A stretch of 64,000 nt of DNA from an uncultured Bdellovibrionales bacterium (GTDB lineage: Bacteria > Bdellovibrionota_C > UBA2361 > SZUA-149 > CAZDIO01), in the NCBI GenBank assembly GCA_964505555.1, contig CAZDIO010000026.1, positions 2,924 through 66,923 of the forward strand, written 5' to 3'. Below the pieces are notes generated by a model. That model had not been told where the DNA came from. It saw only the letters and a program-made list of their open reading frames with translations, and did not search any database. The position numbers were made by a program, and so were the translations under genes. This document shows positions 1-8,967 of the stretch, one piece after another. Position 1 is the first letter of the stretch; every line of letters starts with the position of its first letter.

Positions 1-519
1 ATAGTAGAGGAGAAGCACCATTAGGAGGAGATGTGCGTGCTTCCTTTTTCGCAAACAAAAAGAAGGCGCCGTAAGAACTACTCCGACAATGCGAGCCGAG
101 CTAGCCTTTCTTCCAAAGAAACTCGGGAGCTGTTCAAATAACCAAGCTACAACAACCGCTACGAGAGCTCCTGTAGAGTGCCCAAGGATAAAGATACATC
201 TGTTATCGTAACTGTTGATGAGCTTTCGTAATGAAACAATAGCGTCATTTGTCCAATTCCACATCCGACTCTGGCGAAACTCACCATAGCGGCCAGTATG
301 TCCCCAGAGGTTTCGTTGCCAAACATCGACCTGACGATCAAAGCGTCGATAAAGTTCTCGAGCGATTTTTTTCTGACCAACAACGCCATTGGCACCAAGA
401 CCAGCATAATACATAAACGCTGTAGGACATTTGTTTGAGCCCGCAAGGTGTAAGTTACGCCAAATATTTGGTTGATCTCGTCGATTACGAAACCATACCT
501 TTATCTTCTCAATGCTCAT
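1..519 (-). CDS. alpha/beta-fold hydrolase, 3'-truncated by the window edge
   Basis: Absent from the ORF track because it has no stop inside the window. Manual minus-strand translation from the ATG at 519 is open to position 1: MSIEKIKVWFRNRRDQ...NRCIFILGHSTGALVAVV... It has a 'GHSTG' nucleophile elbow. Its ATG overlaps the stop of the upstream 516..1442 ORF (ATGA). Confidence 0.5.
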   Translation of the reverse strand, partial: MSIEKIKVWFRNRRDQPNIWRNLHLAGSNKCPTAFMYYAGLGANGVVGQKKIARELYRRFDRQVDVWQRNLWGHTGRYGEFRQSRMWNWTNDAIVSLRKLINSYDNRCIFILGHSTGALVAVVVAWLFEQLPSFFGRKASSARIVGVVLTAPSFCLRKRKHAHLLLMVLLLYY

Positions 520-1442
520 ACACTCAACTCAGATCTATTTTGGGTTTGAAGAGTGTTCTCAGAAGCAGCCTCAACTGCAAAAAGCCAGTTATGAAGATCG
601 TAAAAAAACCTCTCTGACTCCTTACTGTATTCAAGAATATGCTTTGCTTCGGAATATTCGATGATCTGTTTTTTAGAAGAAGAAACGCTTTTTACAAACA
701 AGCGCGTTTTTTCGTTATTATTGATCTCATCTTTCCCGGCAAGAAGGACTAAGAGTGGAAGAACAAAGCTCTTGGAATGGAGATTGATAAAACGTCTCAT
801 TCGAAACGTTTCTCTATATGTCTGAAGATCCGTGTGCGTAAGGGCAAAAGGATCTCTTTTAATAAAATGAAGGCGCTGAGAAACATCGGTAAGTTGTTCT
901 GGAGAAAAAGGAAGCGGAATTTGTGCCTCTTTCCCCACAAAACGTTGAAACACTGAAGCCACACTCGAAACAATCTCCGGTCTAACTTTAGTAAATACCG
1001 CCGGAGCAGCAAGCACCACGGAGTGACAAAGAGCTTCATATTTTAAGGCAAACAAAAGCGCCGGAAGAGCTCCAAAACATTGACCAAGAAGATGAACTTT
1101 TTTTAAACCGGATTGCCTGAGAGAAAAACTAACAACCTCTAAAGCATCATCAAGAATCTGTTCATATCGTTTACACTCTCCTCGAGGCTCATTACTTAAC
1201 CCCGAGCCTCGTCGGTCAAAACTAAAAACAGGAAAACCACTTTTTGCGAGCATGATCGCGCTATCAAGAAACCATCCCGAATGGCTCTGAAGACCATGAA
1301 ACATAATCACCGGAGACTTATTCCCTGATGACGGAAATATTCGTACCGGGATAAGCACTCCATCCACACTTGGTAAGAATTGGAGTTGAAAAGCCTCAGC
1401 ATGGTGATCTTTTGCTCTCTGATCTTCTTTCTGCTCTAGCAT
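516..1442 (-). CDS. alpha/beta-fold hydrolase (lysophospholipase-like) with G-x-C-x-G at the nucleophile elbow
   Basis: 308-aa ORF. It has 'VIMFHGLQSHSGWF' (oxyanion-hole region), 'FSFDRRGSGLS', and 'LLGQCFGA' where GxSxG normally sits. It is coupled to both neighbours by short overlaps. Confidence 0.65.
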   Translation of the reverse strand: MLEQKEDQRAKDHHAEAFQLQFLPSVDGVLIPVRIFPSSGNKSPVIMFHGLQSHSGWFLDSAIMLAKSGFPVFSFDRRGSGLSNEPRGECKRYEQILDDALEVVSFSLRQSGLKKVHLLGQCFGALPALLFALKYEALCHSVVLAAPAVFTKVRPEIVSSVASVFQRFVGKEAQIPLPFSPEQLTDVSQRLHFIKRDPFALTHTDLQTYRETFRMRRFINLHSKSFVLPLLVLLAGKDEINNNEKTRLFVKSVSSSKKQIIEYSEAKHILEYSKESERFFYDLHNWLFAVEAASENTLQTQNRSELSV

Positions 1443-2353
1443 TTTACTGTGGCCTCTTTGTTTTCGTTACTTACATGCACCACTCCGTAGCCGAGAACTT
1501 CTGATGTCATCTCAATTTCATCCCCTGGCTGAAGAAAGGTATGGCTAAACAGGTGTGCTCTCCGGGCCCGTTTTACGGAAAAGCCGTTTTTGAGAAATAA
1601 TTCCATAGTGCGCAGTTTGTTGGGGACGGTAAGAATCACTCCTTCAGGAGTGCCTGAGGCAACAAGTAACCACTCCGTGTTACTGTCTTCTTGAAATACC
1701 TGTTGATGAATCTCTTTTGGCCTCAAAATACAATCCACCGCACGCAGTGTTTGGCGAGGCTGCTGATTGACCCGAAGTGAAATGGAGAGTTTTTCCCAAT
1801 CTTCATCATCACCAATAGCGAGAAGTGGACCCACAAGTAGAGCTCCTTCAAAATTCTTTGCTTCTGAAAATACTGATTGTTGTCGCTCGAGTTTTCGTGA
1901 GTAATTAATGACTTGAATACCGCGATCGGTAAGGTCATTAACCATTAAAAAGCCAAATCTCTCCGGGGCATGCCGTCGCTGAAGAATCCCTACCTCTGCT
2001 TCATAGTCAAGGTGGGGTCGATAGAGGAGGTGCCCGTCCATCAACCGCGCGGGACCCTTTTTCTGAAACCGAAAGCAGTCTGCAGCACGCATCTCACGTT
2101 GGTGAGAAGGATAGGTAAAGGTATAGCCAATGCATCGAACATCAACGTTTGGAAGGGGTGGCAGCAATTCCTTCCACGAAGTAAGGGTAGGCGGAGCACT
2201 TGTTTCATTTCGAAGGGGAGGATCTTCTTTCCAAAGTGAATCAAGTTCAAAAGTCTCAGGAGAAAGGAAGCACCCTTCTGGCAAAAAGCCATAGACGATT
2301 CGCCAGAAAGTGTCGATGGTTCTTGCGACGGTAAGCATCCTTTGTAACGACAC
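1436..2353 (-). CDS. fumarylacetoacetate hydrolase (FAH) family protein
   Basis: FAH-family landmarks appear in the expected order: 'DYEAEVGIL', 'VNDLTDRG', 'AKNFEGALLVGP', 'SGTPEGV', 'LQPGDEIEM'. Confidence 0.65.
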   Translation of the reverse strand: MSLQRMLTVARTIDTFWRIVYGFLPEGCFLSPETFELDSLWKEDPPLRNETSAPPTLTSWKELLPPLPNVDVRCIGYTFTYPSHQREMRAADCFRFQKKGPARLMDGHLLYRPHLDYEAEVGILQRRHAPERFGFLMVNDLTDRGIQVINYSRKLERQQSVFSEAKNFEGALLVGPLLAIGDDEDWEKLSISLRVNQQPRQTLRAVDCILRPKEIHQQVFQEDSNTEWLLVASGTPEGVILTVPNKLRTMELFLKNGFSVKRARRAHLFSHTFLQPGDEIEMTSEVLGYGVVHVSNENKEATVKC

Positions 2354-2358
2354 CCTGA

Positions 2359-4074
2359 TTAATGCATTCCGGCTGCTTTTGCCTGAGCTTCCTCTTCAAG
2401 GGAAAACTCCTGCTCTGCAGGAAACCGGTCAGCAAATGTTTCATCCGTAGTGACTCGAAGAATTTTAAATTGTGTATCGATTCGACCTTTGGCGACTTCG
2501 CTCTCCTGGTATTTCTTAAAGGTACCTTCCTTTACAATTCGGATCTGCGGAAGAGAGAGCCGAAGAGAATCGCGCTTTTGAGCATATTCAGAGTTGTGCC
2601 TCTTTAAAGCTTCATCTAACGACCGAAGCACCGGAGCAATCTCCATGGCTGTAGGAAGAGATGAGAACTCAACAAGAAATAGATAGAAGGGTTTTGTATT
2701 TTCACTGGTCACGCCAACGGCGGCGATAAAATGGTATTTGGTTTGTAGTGAACGAAAGGCTTTTTCGACTGCAGAAAGAACTTGTGCCTCACTGAGTTTC
2801 TCACCGATTAATGAGACGATACCTTTTGTTTTATGGAGGAAGCGAATTATCGGCGTTTTCTCATAAAAGCCTGCGACTTCAATGACATCATTCATATTGT
2901 AACGATACAGTCCAGAGGTCGTTGTTACATAGGGAATATATTTTTCCCCAACCGCGAGATTCTCAGGCAAAAGAAGCGAGCTAGGTAGGGGATGCTCCTC
3001 TTCAGCGAGCGCAAATTCATATATATTTGTATCTATAGTAAGCACCCCATCACAACCGTCGTCAGAAAGCGGGATGGAGCCTCGTAGCTCCGTTGCAAAA
3101 TACCCAATGTCGCGGACCGGAATGTTTTCTGAATAGTCGTGCGTAGCTTCTTTGAGCTGAAATCCCACCGTTCCTCCCTTCCAACAACCGATCGCAGCAA
3201 GCTCAGGCCAAACATGTTTTGGAAGTAACTTACCGTTTTCTTTTTTTGCTGCTGTTTTTAAAAACTTTGCGCGGCGAGCATTTCGAGCGCAAGTATTTTT
3301 AAACTGTGCGAGATCTTTTGTTGACAACTCAGGTGTCCTGCTCGAAGAAATAGTGCCATCTTGAATATCAGCGATTATTGATTCGCTAAATTCTCCTAGA
3401 AGCTCTGCAATCAGTGCTACCGTACTTGGATTACAGGTATAGATAAAAGATACAGGATGCTCAGCGGCCATTCGTAGAATAAGGTAATATTTTGTTCGGT
3501 AATCTTTAATCGTAAAAGCCTCATAGGGGCAGGCATACATTTTTTTTATCACCATTGGCGCATTCTGATATCCATGTCCGGACTCAGCACCACAAGGGGT
3601 ACCATCAGGAGCGTAGCTCTCTGCTTCCGGGCTGACGATTACGAAGAGCCGATTGTGAAATACTTGCGGATGGTCACGATAAAGCGCAGAAAGCCAAAGC
3701 TTTAAAAGTCGAGCTTTATTTTGCTTACTTTCAGGTGTGACAGGGATGAACTTGGTACTTCCGGTAGTTCCGCTCGTCATGCCATAGAGAATTGGCTTTT
3801 CTATTGTTAACTGTGCGGCATCTCCTTCCATCGCCTTCTTAATAAAAGGCTCAAGAGTTTCATAATCAGCTAAAGGAACTTGCGATTGAAAATCCTTAAA
3901 ATCACATATTTCTGCAAAACGGTGCTTTTTTCCGTAACTTGTTTCTGCATTTTTCTGAAGGATATGTCCTAATAACGACCGCTGAAGGTGCGATGGGACC
4001 TGACACGACTTCTGGAAACGCCGCAACGCATAAGGTCCATAGGCACTAAATAACAAGGTTGGCAGATGTATCAT
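2359..4074 (-). CDS. GH3-family acyl-acid amido synthetase-like adenylating enzyme
   Basis: 571 aa. 'YGMTSGTTGSTKFIPVT' and 'GLYRYNMNDVIEV' match the conserved GH3 (auxin-responsive promoter family) motifs. The size is typical for bacterial GH3 proteins. Confidence 0.75.
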   Translation of the reverse strand: MIHLPTLLFSAYGPYALRRFQKSCQVPSHLQRSLLGHILQKNAETSYGKKHRFAEICDFKDFQSQVPLADYETLEPFIKKAMEGDAAQLTIEKPILYGMTSGTTGSTKFIPVTPESKQNKARLLKLWLSALYRDHPQVFHNRLFVIVSPEAESYAPDGTPCGAESGHGYQNAPMVIKKMYACPYEAFTIKDYRTKYYLILRMAAEHPVSFIYTCNPSTVALIAELLGEFSESIIADIQDGTISSSRTPELSTKDLAQFKNTCARNARRAKFLKTAAKKENGKLLPKHVWPELAAIGCWKGGTVGFQLKEATHDYSENIPVRDIGYFATELRGSIPLSDDGCDGVLTIDTNIYEFALAEEEHPLPSSLLLPENLAVGEKYIPYVTTTSGLYRYNMNDVIEVAGFYEKTPIIRFLHKTKGIVSLIGEKLSEAQVLSAVEKAFRSLQTKYHFIAAVGVTSENTKPFYLFLVEFSSLPTAMEIAPVLRSLDEALKRHNSEYAQKRDSLRLSLPQIRIVKEGTFKKYQESEVAKGRIDTQFKILRVTTDETFADRFPAEQEFSLEEEAQAKAAGMH

Positions 4075-4299
4075 TCCCTACAATCGCGCAGGTGGGATAA
4101 CGTGTCCCTGACAGAGATCATAAAAATTCTGAGAGCTTAATTATGTTTTAATCCAGGAGGCACGGTCCGCCTTACGGCGGAAAAGTGCTATTGGGGAGAC
4201 GCTGCGAACACGCGAGATTCAAATTGCTCGTTCGCTTAATAATGAAGACCGAATCCTCCGTGCCTGCGAACTTTCTGAAATAACGATGAGGCTTACACT

Positions 4300-4842
4300 A
4301 TGTTCCAAAAAGCGCTAGAGCATGCAATAACTCGGTTACGAAATGCTCAGAAAGACCGCCTGTTAGAACGCTTTGCTCTGATCGATGGATTTGCCGTTTC
4401 CCGTTGGAGCATCCCAAGAGCGACATCTGATATTGACTTCGTTATCCAACTTGGAGATTCAACCGAAGAGAAACTCGCTTCCGCGCTGCACGGCACAATC
4501 ATCAAGGGTTCACCACGAGATCCCCTGCTCAGTTGCGTCACATTTGAAGAACATGACGACCACGGAAATATTCCCGTTCAGCTTGTTCGATTTCCGTCTG
4601 CTTGGGAAAAAATCGCGTTTCAAAACGTTTCTGAAGATGAGATTGATGGCTTCATCATGCCATTTGTCGACTGGAAGGCCTTAGTGCTGCTCAAATTGTA
4701 TGCAGGCGCAGCTCACGATCTTGCAGATGCCCAGAGCATTCTCGAAACGGTTCAACCAAAACCTCAAGAGCTAAATTACCTGAAAAAAAATGCTGCTTCA
4801 TTAAGAGTATCTAAGAGATTAGAGAGACTCATTCCAAAATAA
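4300..4842 (+). CDS. minimal nucleotidyltransferase-fold protein (MNT/AbiEii-like)
   Basis: 180 aa. 'GFAVSRWSIPRATSDIDFVIQ' fits the G-x-S ... D-x-D pattern of the pol-beta NTase fold. No partner gene with a usable start codon lies upstream. Confidence 0.4.
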   Translation: MFQKALEHAITRLRNAQKDRLLERFALIDGFAVSRWSIPRATSDIDFVIQLGDSTEEKLASALHGTIIKGSPRDPLLSCVTFEEHDDHGNIPVQLVRFPSAWEKIAFQNVSEDEIDGFIMPFVDWKALVLLKLYAGAAHDLADAQSILETVQPKPQELNYLKKNAASLRVSKRLERLIPK

Positions 4843-4936
4843 CCGCGGCTGGACGATCTGCGATCTACTATTCGCACAGGAGCACCGGAATAATCTCCCG
4901 CAACGAAGGAGTTGAGTAAATCTCATCCAACGAGTT

Positions 4937-4992
4937 TGCCCTGGCGGAGACTCGAACTCCGATGTTGTTTCCAACACATGGTTCTGAGCCAT
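4937..4992 (-). repeat. att-type direct repeat copy 1 = 3' portion of tRNA-Leu(CAG)
   Basis: The reverse complement reads ATGG-CTCAGAA-CCAT (anticodon stem-loop, anticodon CAG), TGTTG-GAAA-CAACA (long variable arm), CGGAG-TTCGAGT-CTCCG (T arm), CCAGGGC-A (acceptor 3' strand plus discriminator). No matching 5' acceptor strand or D arm follows, so this is a fragment. Confidence 0.8.
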
Positions 4993-5120
4993 AAAACTCA
5001 CTTGTATCACTGAGTGTCATGGTGTGTCTTTCTGTTTCATAACTTGCTTAAATCACAAACCTTTCTAAAATCTTCTTGAACCACGACGGTTCATGAAGAG
5101 TCATCGAAGTTCAGTCTTGA

Positions 5121-5191
5121 TGGCCCCAATTTGGCCCCAGTCAAACCACATGGTCCTGACCATGTGGTGCAAACAGGAATTGGCCCCAATT
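5121..5191 (+). promoter_or_regulatory. Repeat cluster upstream of integrase A (three TGGCCCCA copies plus a 10-bp palindrome)
   Basis: TGGCCCCAAT at 5121, TGGCCCCAG at 5132 and TGGCCCCAAT at 5181. The palindrome CCACATGGTC-ct-GACCATGTGG lies at 5146..5167. These are possible arm-type or operator sites. Confidence 0.35.
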
Positions 5192-6449
5192 GCGAAGAGG
5201 AACTGTGCCGAGAATAAAATTAACTGATCGAACGCTCAAGGCTCTTTCTACTCAGAAGGAAACTGAGGAGTATGTAGACGATGATTTTCGCCAGGGAGAA
5301 TTCGGCGTCCGAATAAGTAACCTCGGTCGTAAGAGCTTCTTCTTACGTTACAGAGTAAACGGTAAACGGAGGAGGCTTCCATTGGGGACCTATCCTTCGA
5401 TATCACTTGCCGATGCTCGCGCTAAAGCCTTGGAAAACGTTGCTGGAGTACACGAGGGCAAAGACCCAGCGAAAGTCAGGAAAGAGGCGCGAAAAGCGGG
5501 CACGGTTGAGGATCTCTTCGATACCTTCATGGAGCAAAAGGAAAGAACGCTCGTCCACTCGACAATGCTCAACTACCGATCCATGTGGAACAGAGATTGC
5601 AAACCGACATTAGCAGACATGAAGGCTGCTGACGTTCAGAAAGCCCATATCATAGAACTGTTGGACCGAATTGAAGCGAGATGTCGGGGACCACATATGG
5701 TAAATCGAACCAGGTCAATGCTTATGTCACTTTTCAATTGGGCTCTTGCAAAAGACCGATGCAAGCACAATCCCGTCTTCGGTGTTCCGAGGGCGCAAAA
5801 GCGAGAGCTTCCGGGCGAACGATTTCTCTCACGTAGCGAGATTCGCATCTATTGGGAATGTTCCGGAGAAATGAATCCCACTGACTGTGCATTTTGGCGA
5901 TTGCTGATACTTCTTGCACTTCGCCCCGGAGAAGTGATGAAGCTCCGTTGGGATTGGATTGACGACTATGTTCTTACACTTCCAGGCTCGGCTGTAAAAA
6001 ATAAGCGCGAGCATCGTCTCTACCTGACTGATGTTGCTCGGGAGGAGATTGGACGGCTGAAAACGTATTCCGGTTCGTCCGAGTTTGTGTTTCCTGGTAT
6101 CGGCAAAGACAAAGCTCGAATGGACTTTACCGACTCACATGCCATACTGCTCAAGAACATGGGAGTAGCACATTGGACACCACGTGATATCCGTCGAACA
6201 TGCGAAACACAAATGCGGACGTTTATCCGGGACAGCGAGGGAATCTCTCGCGTGCTGAATCACGACATGACAACAATTCGAAAGCATTACGACAAGGGGG
6301 ACTACTTCGATCGAAAGCGTGAAGTGCTCATTCTTTGGTCAAAGTGGTTGATGGAAACGGTGACGAGCGAGCAAAACAAAGTGGTAAACCTAAGGGACTA
6401 CTCAGTGAAGAGCATTCCGAATATGGAAAATAGAATCTCTACACACTGA
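5190..6449 (+). CDS. int: tyrosine recombinase/integrase, P4-like with N-terminal arm-binding (DUF4102-type) domain
   Basis: 'IKLTDRTLKAL...FGVRISNLGRKSFFLRYRVNGKRRRLPLGTYPSISLADARAKA' is a typical N-terminal domain. C-terminal catalytic residues are 'ALRPGE', 'HWTPRDIRRT' and 'LNH...RKHY'. The true start may be the GTG at 5205. Confidence 0.85.
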   Translation: MRRGTVPRIKLTDRTLKALSTQKETEEYVDDDFRQGEFGVRISNLGRKSFFLRYRVNGKRRRLPLGTYPSISLADARAKALENVAGVHEGKDPAKVRKEARKAGTVEDLFDTFMEQKERTLVHSTMLNYRSMWNRDCKPTLADMKAADVQKAHIIELLDRIEARCRGPHMVNRTRSMLMSLFNWALAKDRCKHNPVFGVPRAQKRELPGERFLSRSEIRIYWECSGEMNPTDCAFWRLLILLALRPGEVMKLRWDWIDDYVLTLPGSAVKNKREHRLYLTDVAREEIGRLKTYSGSSEFVFPGIGKDKARMDFTDSHAILLKNMGVAHWTPRDIRRTCETQMRTFIRDSEGISRVLNHDMTTIRKHYDKGDYFDRKREVLILWSKWLMETVTSEQNKVVNLRDYSVKSIPNMENRISTH

Positions 6450-6572
6450 GTAGAGACTTGACGGGATGCATGTTAGGAGTTTTTGGTCAATAATTACAGC
6501 AGGTTGACAATGCTGCTTATGTTATTATAATTCCTAATTGCTATTATTTAGGAAATATAATAACATACGCCT

Positions 6573-7157
6573 ATGTCTGCTAATGAGAAGTTTTTCAACA
6601 TGCTCAATAAAACCGATTTTCTCACTCTGGACGAGGCACGAAAGATTTGTCCGCACCCAATGATGCTCAGCCGTCTCGTTGCCAAGGGAAAGCTGTATCG
6701 ACCACAGAGAAAAATTTACACGGCAACACTTGACTGGCTCACTGATCCTCTTAAGAAATACCTCCCCGTTTGTACGCTCATTCCTGATGCCATCATCTGC
6801 GGCGTTTCAGCGCTCACGTACTACGATCTGACAGATGAAGAGGAGCGGCAGATTTGGATAGCTGTTCCACAGAAGCGCCGCGTGATCAATTCCGAGTATC
6901 GTGTCATCCGGCCCTCGGGTGCTGCATACAGCCTTGGCATTGACACACACACATTCGAAAACCGGAAAGTAAGAATTTACAACCGAGAAAAGGCAGTTGT
7001 AGATGCATTCAAGTATCTCACCGAAGAGGTCGCTCTGAAAGCGCTGAGAGCCTATATGAGATCGAAGAACAAGAACATGGATAAGCTTCTCGACTACAGC
7101 AAGAAGCTCAAGAAGCCCCTGGGTGACATCGTCCGGATTATGCTATCAGAGGAATAA
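6573..7157 (+). CDS. abiEi: AbiEi-family antitoxin/transcriptional regulator (type IV TA)
   Basis: N-terminal wHTH 'LTLDEARKICPHPMMLSRLVAKGKLYRPQRKIYT'. The gene sits directly upstream of, and overlaps by 1 nt, an AbiEii-type gene. Confidence 0.7.
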   Translation: MSANEKFFNMLNKTDFLTLDEARKICPHPMMLSRLVAKGKLYRPQRKIYTATLDWLTDPLKKYLPVCTLIPDAIICGVSALTYYDLTDEEERQIWIAVPQKRRVINSEYRVIRPSGAAYSLGIDTHTFENRKVRIYNREKAVVDAFKYLTEEVALKALRAYMRSKNKNMDKLLDYSKKLKKPLGDIVRIMLSEE

Positions 7158-7999
7158 TGCCAGTAAACGTTAAGAGCCTTCAGGCTAAACTTTATAACAT
7201 CTCCAAAGAGAACGGCGTTCCGTTTCAATTGCTGCTCAATCAGTTTGGTGCCGAACAGTTTTTGGCGCGCCTCAGTCGTTCGCCAAACGCGAAACGATTC
7301 ATCTTCAAGGGCGGAACGCTGCTTGCGTATTTGATTGATACCACTCGTAAGACAAAAGACCTCGATTTCTCAATCCGGGAATTAAGAAGCGATCGACCGG
7401 ATCATCTCCTCTCCGTTATCGAGGAGATTTTGAATATTGACCTTGATGATGGGCTTGCATGGGAGAAACCAACCGGAGAAACATTGAGACATCCCGAAAT
7501 GGATTATCCAGGGATGCGCGTCAAGTGCCCCTTTCATTTGGAAACAATGCGGGGACATGTTCGAATCGATTTAGCATTTGGTGATGTTGTGGATGCGGTA
7601 GAGTTCGCCCTTGAAAAACTGAGATACAAAGGCGAGCCCTTGGTGGGACAAGATTTTATGGTTCTCTCTTATCCACCGGAAAGTATTTTTTCGGAAAAAC
7701 TTCAAATCGTGATTTCTCGTAAGGAGAACAATACGAGAATGAAGGATTATTACGATCTGTATAAGCTTGCTTTGGGTGCACTGGACGAAACAAAGCTCAG
7801 GACATGTGTGCAAGTAACTTTTGAGAAGAGAGGAGTGGCTGTTCAACAGGAGATTGATTTCCATCCTGATGCGGTGCAGAAGCTGCAAACTTTCTGGAGT
7901 GCCTACCTAACGAAAGCGACCTTGGCGGATGTTCCTCAGCAGATTAAGGAGGTCATAGAAGCAATCAACAAAACATTGGAGAACATTTTTCGTGGCTGA
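7157..7999 (+). CDS. abiEii: AbiEii/AbiGii-family nucleotidyltransferase toxin (DUF1814)
   Basis: '[12 protein letters not shown]...RKTKDLDFS' is the NTase motif. The 280-aa size and the pairing with AbiEi fit the family. Confidence 0.8.
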   Translation: MPVNVKSLQAKLYNISKENGVPFQLLLNQFGAEQFLARLSRSPNAKRFIFKGGTLLAYLIDTTRKTKDLDFSIRELRSDRPDHLLSVIEEILNIDLDDGLAWEKPTGETLRHPEMDYPGMRVKCPFHLETMRGHVRIDLAFGDVVDAVEFALEKLRYKGEPLVGQDFMVLSYPPESIFSEKLQIVISRKENNTRMKDYYDLYKLALGALDETKLRTCVQVTFEKRGVAVQQEIDFHPDAVQKLQTFWSAYLTKATLADVPQQIKEVIEAINKTLENIFRG

Positions 8000-8537
8000 A
8001 ATTTATGTGAGTACTGACGTCGAGGCAGACGGCCCCATTCCTGGACCGCATTCCATGTTAAGTTTCGGCTCTGCTGCATATCTTCACGACAAAACACTCG
8101 TTGACACATTCACTGTCAATCTCGAACTCCTGCCGAATGCTATACAGCATCCACAGACCATGGAGTGGTGGAAAACTCAGCCCAAGGCATGGAGAATGTG
8201 CCGCGAAAATCCACAGCCCCCGGAAAAGGCAATGAAAGATTACGTTGCATGGCTCAAGAACCTACCAGGGAAACCTGTATTTGTAGGTTACCCTGTCGCT
8301 TATGACTTCATGTTTGTCTACTGGTACGTGATGCGCTTCACAGGTGAAAGCCCATTCTCACATTCTGCCTTGGATATCAAAACGTATGCGATGGCGTTAC
8401 TGAAAAAAGGGTATCGAGAATCGACAAAGAAGCATATGCCAAAGCACTGGTTTGATAATCTACCTCACTCCCACTGCGCTTTGGATGATGCAATTGAGCA
8501 AGGAGCACTATTCTGTAACATGCTTGCCGAACGATAA
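7992..8537 (+). CDS. DEDDh 3'-5' exonuclease (Rv2179c-like/DnaQ-like fold)
   Basis: ExoI 'STDVEADGP', ExoII '[12 protein letters not shown]', ExoIII 'HCALDDA'. The GTG start overlaps the abiEii stop by 8 nt. Confidence 0.65.
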   Translation: MAEIYVSTDVEADGPIPGPHSMLSFGSAAYLHDKTLVDTFTVNLELLPNAIQHPQTMEWWKTQPKAWRMCRENPQPPEKAMKDYVAWLKNLPGKPVFVGYPVAYDFMFVYWYVMRFTGESPFSHSALDIKTYAMALLKKGYRESTKKHMPKHWFDNLPHSHCALDDAIEQGALFCNMLAER

Positions 8538-8696
8538 AGAGAATAGAAGGCCACACCTAGCCTAAGGCTTGAGTTTTTTGAGGTTGGAGATATGCGTTCA
8601 ATATCTTTGGTCAGCTTAGTCATTTGCCTCACGCAATAATTCATCAAGCACATCAATCGGTTGACCAGTGGGGTCTTGGATGGTGGATATCGCCAG

Positions 8697-8935
8697 CTAC
8701 TCGATTATCGCAATCGGCGGAAAGCAATCGTGCCCTGTCGATGTTACGGGAATTTTCCAACGGGCGTTAATCGTCAGCGCATCAAGCCATTTCACCGGAA
8801 CAAGATACCGACCCTCCTGCGACAATTTGTCGCATTGATTCGCTCAGCTAAGCTGCTATCAGCCACATACACAACATTTATCGTTGCGCATGGCTACGCA
8901 GCGGGTTCTTTGACAACGGAATATGGGAACGTAAG
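8697..8935 (+). pseudogene. radC: radC (JAB/MPN) remnant: N-terminally truncated, frameshifted, catalytic motif lost
   Basis: Positions ~8700-8786 align without gaps, with a few mismatches by eye, to 33236-33322 of the intact radC-like gene (translation 'YSIIAIGGKQSCPVDVTGIFQRALIVSASS'). In another frame the C-terminal part '...LIRSAKLLSATYTTFIVAHGYAAGSLTTEYG' parallels RadC '...LCEVGKLLRINVLDHIIISDDEHFSFSD'. The 'HNHPSGD' motif is absent. Confidence 0.55.
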
Positions 8936-8967
8936 AGGATATTACCTTTTTTGGAAGGAGGCGTGCG

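Noticed and set aside
159-446. 95-aa minus-strand ORF from the track
   Set aside because: It lies in a different frame of the same strand as a longer open frame (519 down to 1) that encodes a plausible alpha/beta hydrolase with a GHSTG motif and an ATGA-coupled start. I treat it as a shadow ORF.
4100-4300. Possible small antitoxin-like ORF upstream of the nucleotidyltransferase-fold gene
   Set aside because: The only open frame reading into the NTase start (ELNYVLIQEARSALRRKSAIGE...) has no ATG, GTG or TTG start after its upstream stop.
4937-4992. Possible intact tRNA-Leu gene (same question for 12064..12119)
   Set aside because: Only the anticodon stem-loop, variable arm, T arm and 3' acceptor strand are present. 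The adjacent sequence has no GCCCTGG 5' acceptor strand or D arm in either copy, so these are att-site fragments.
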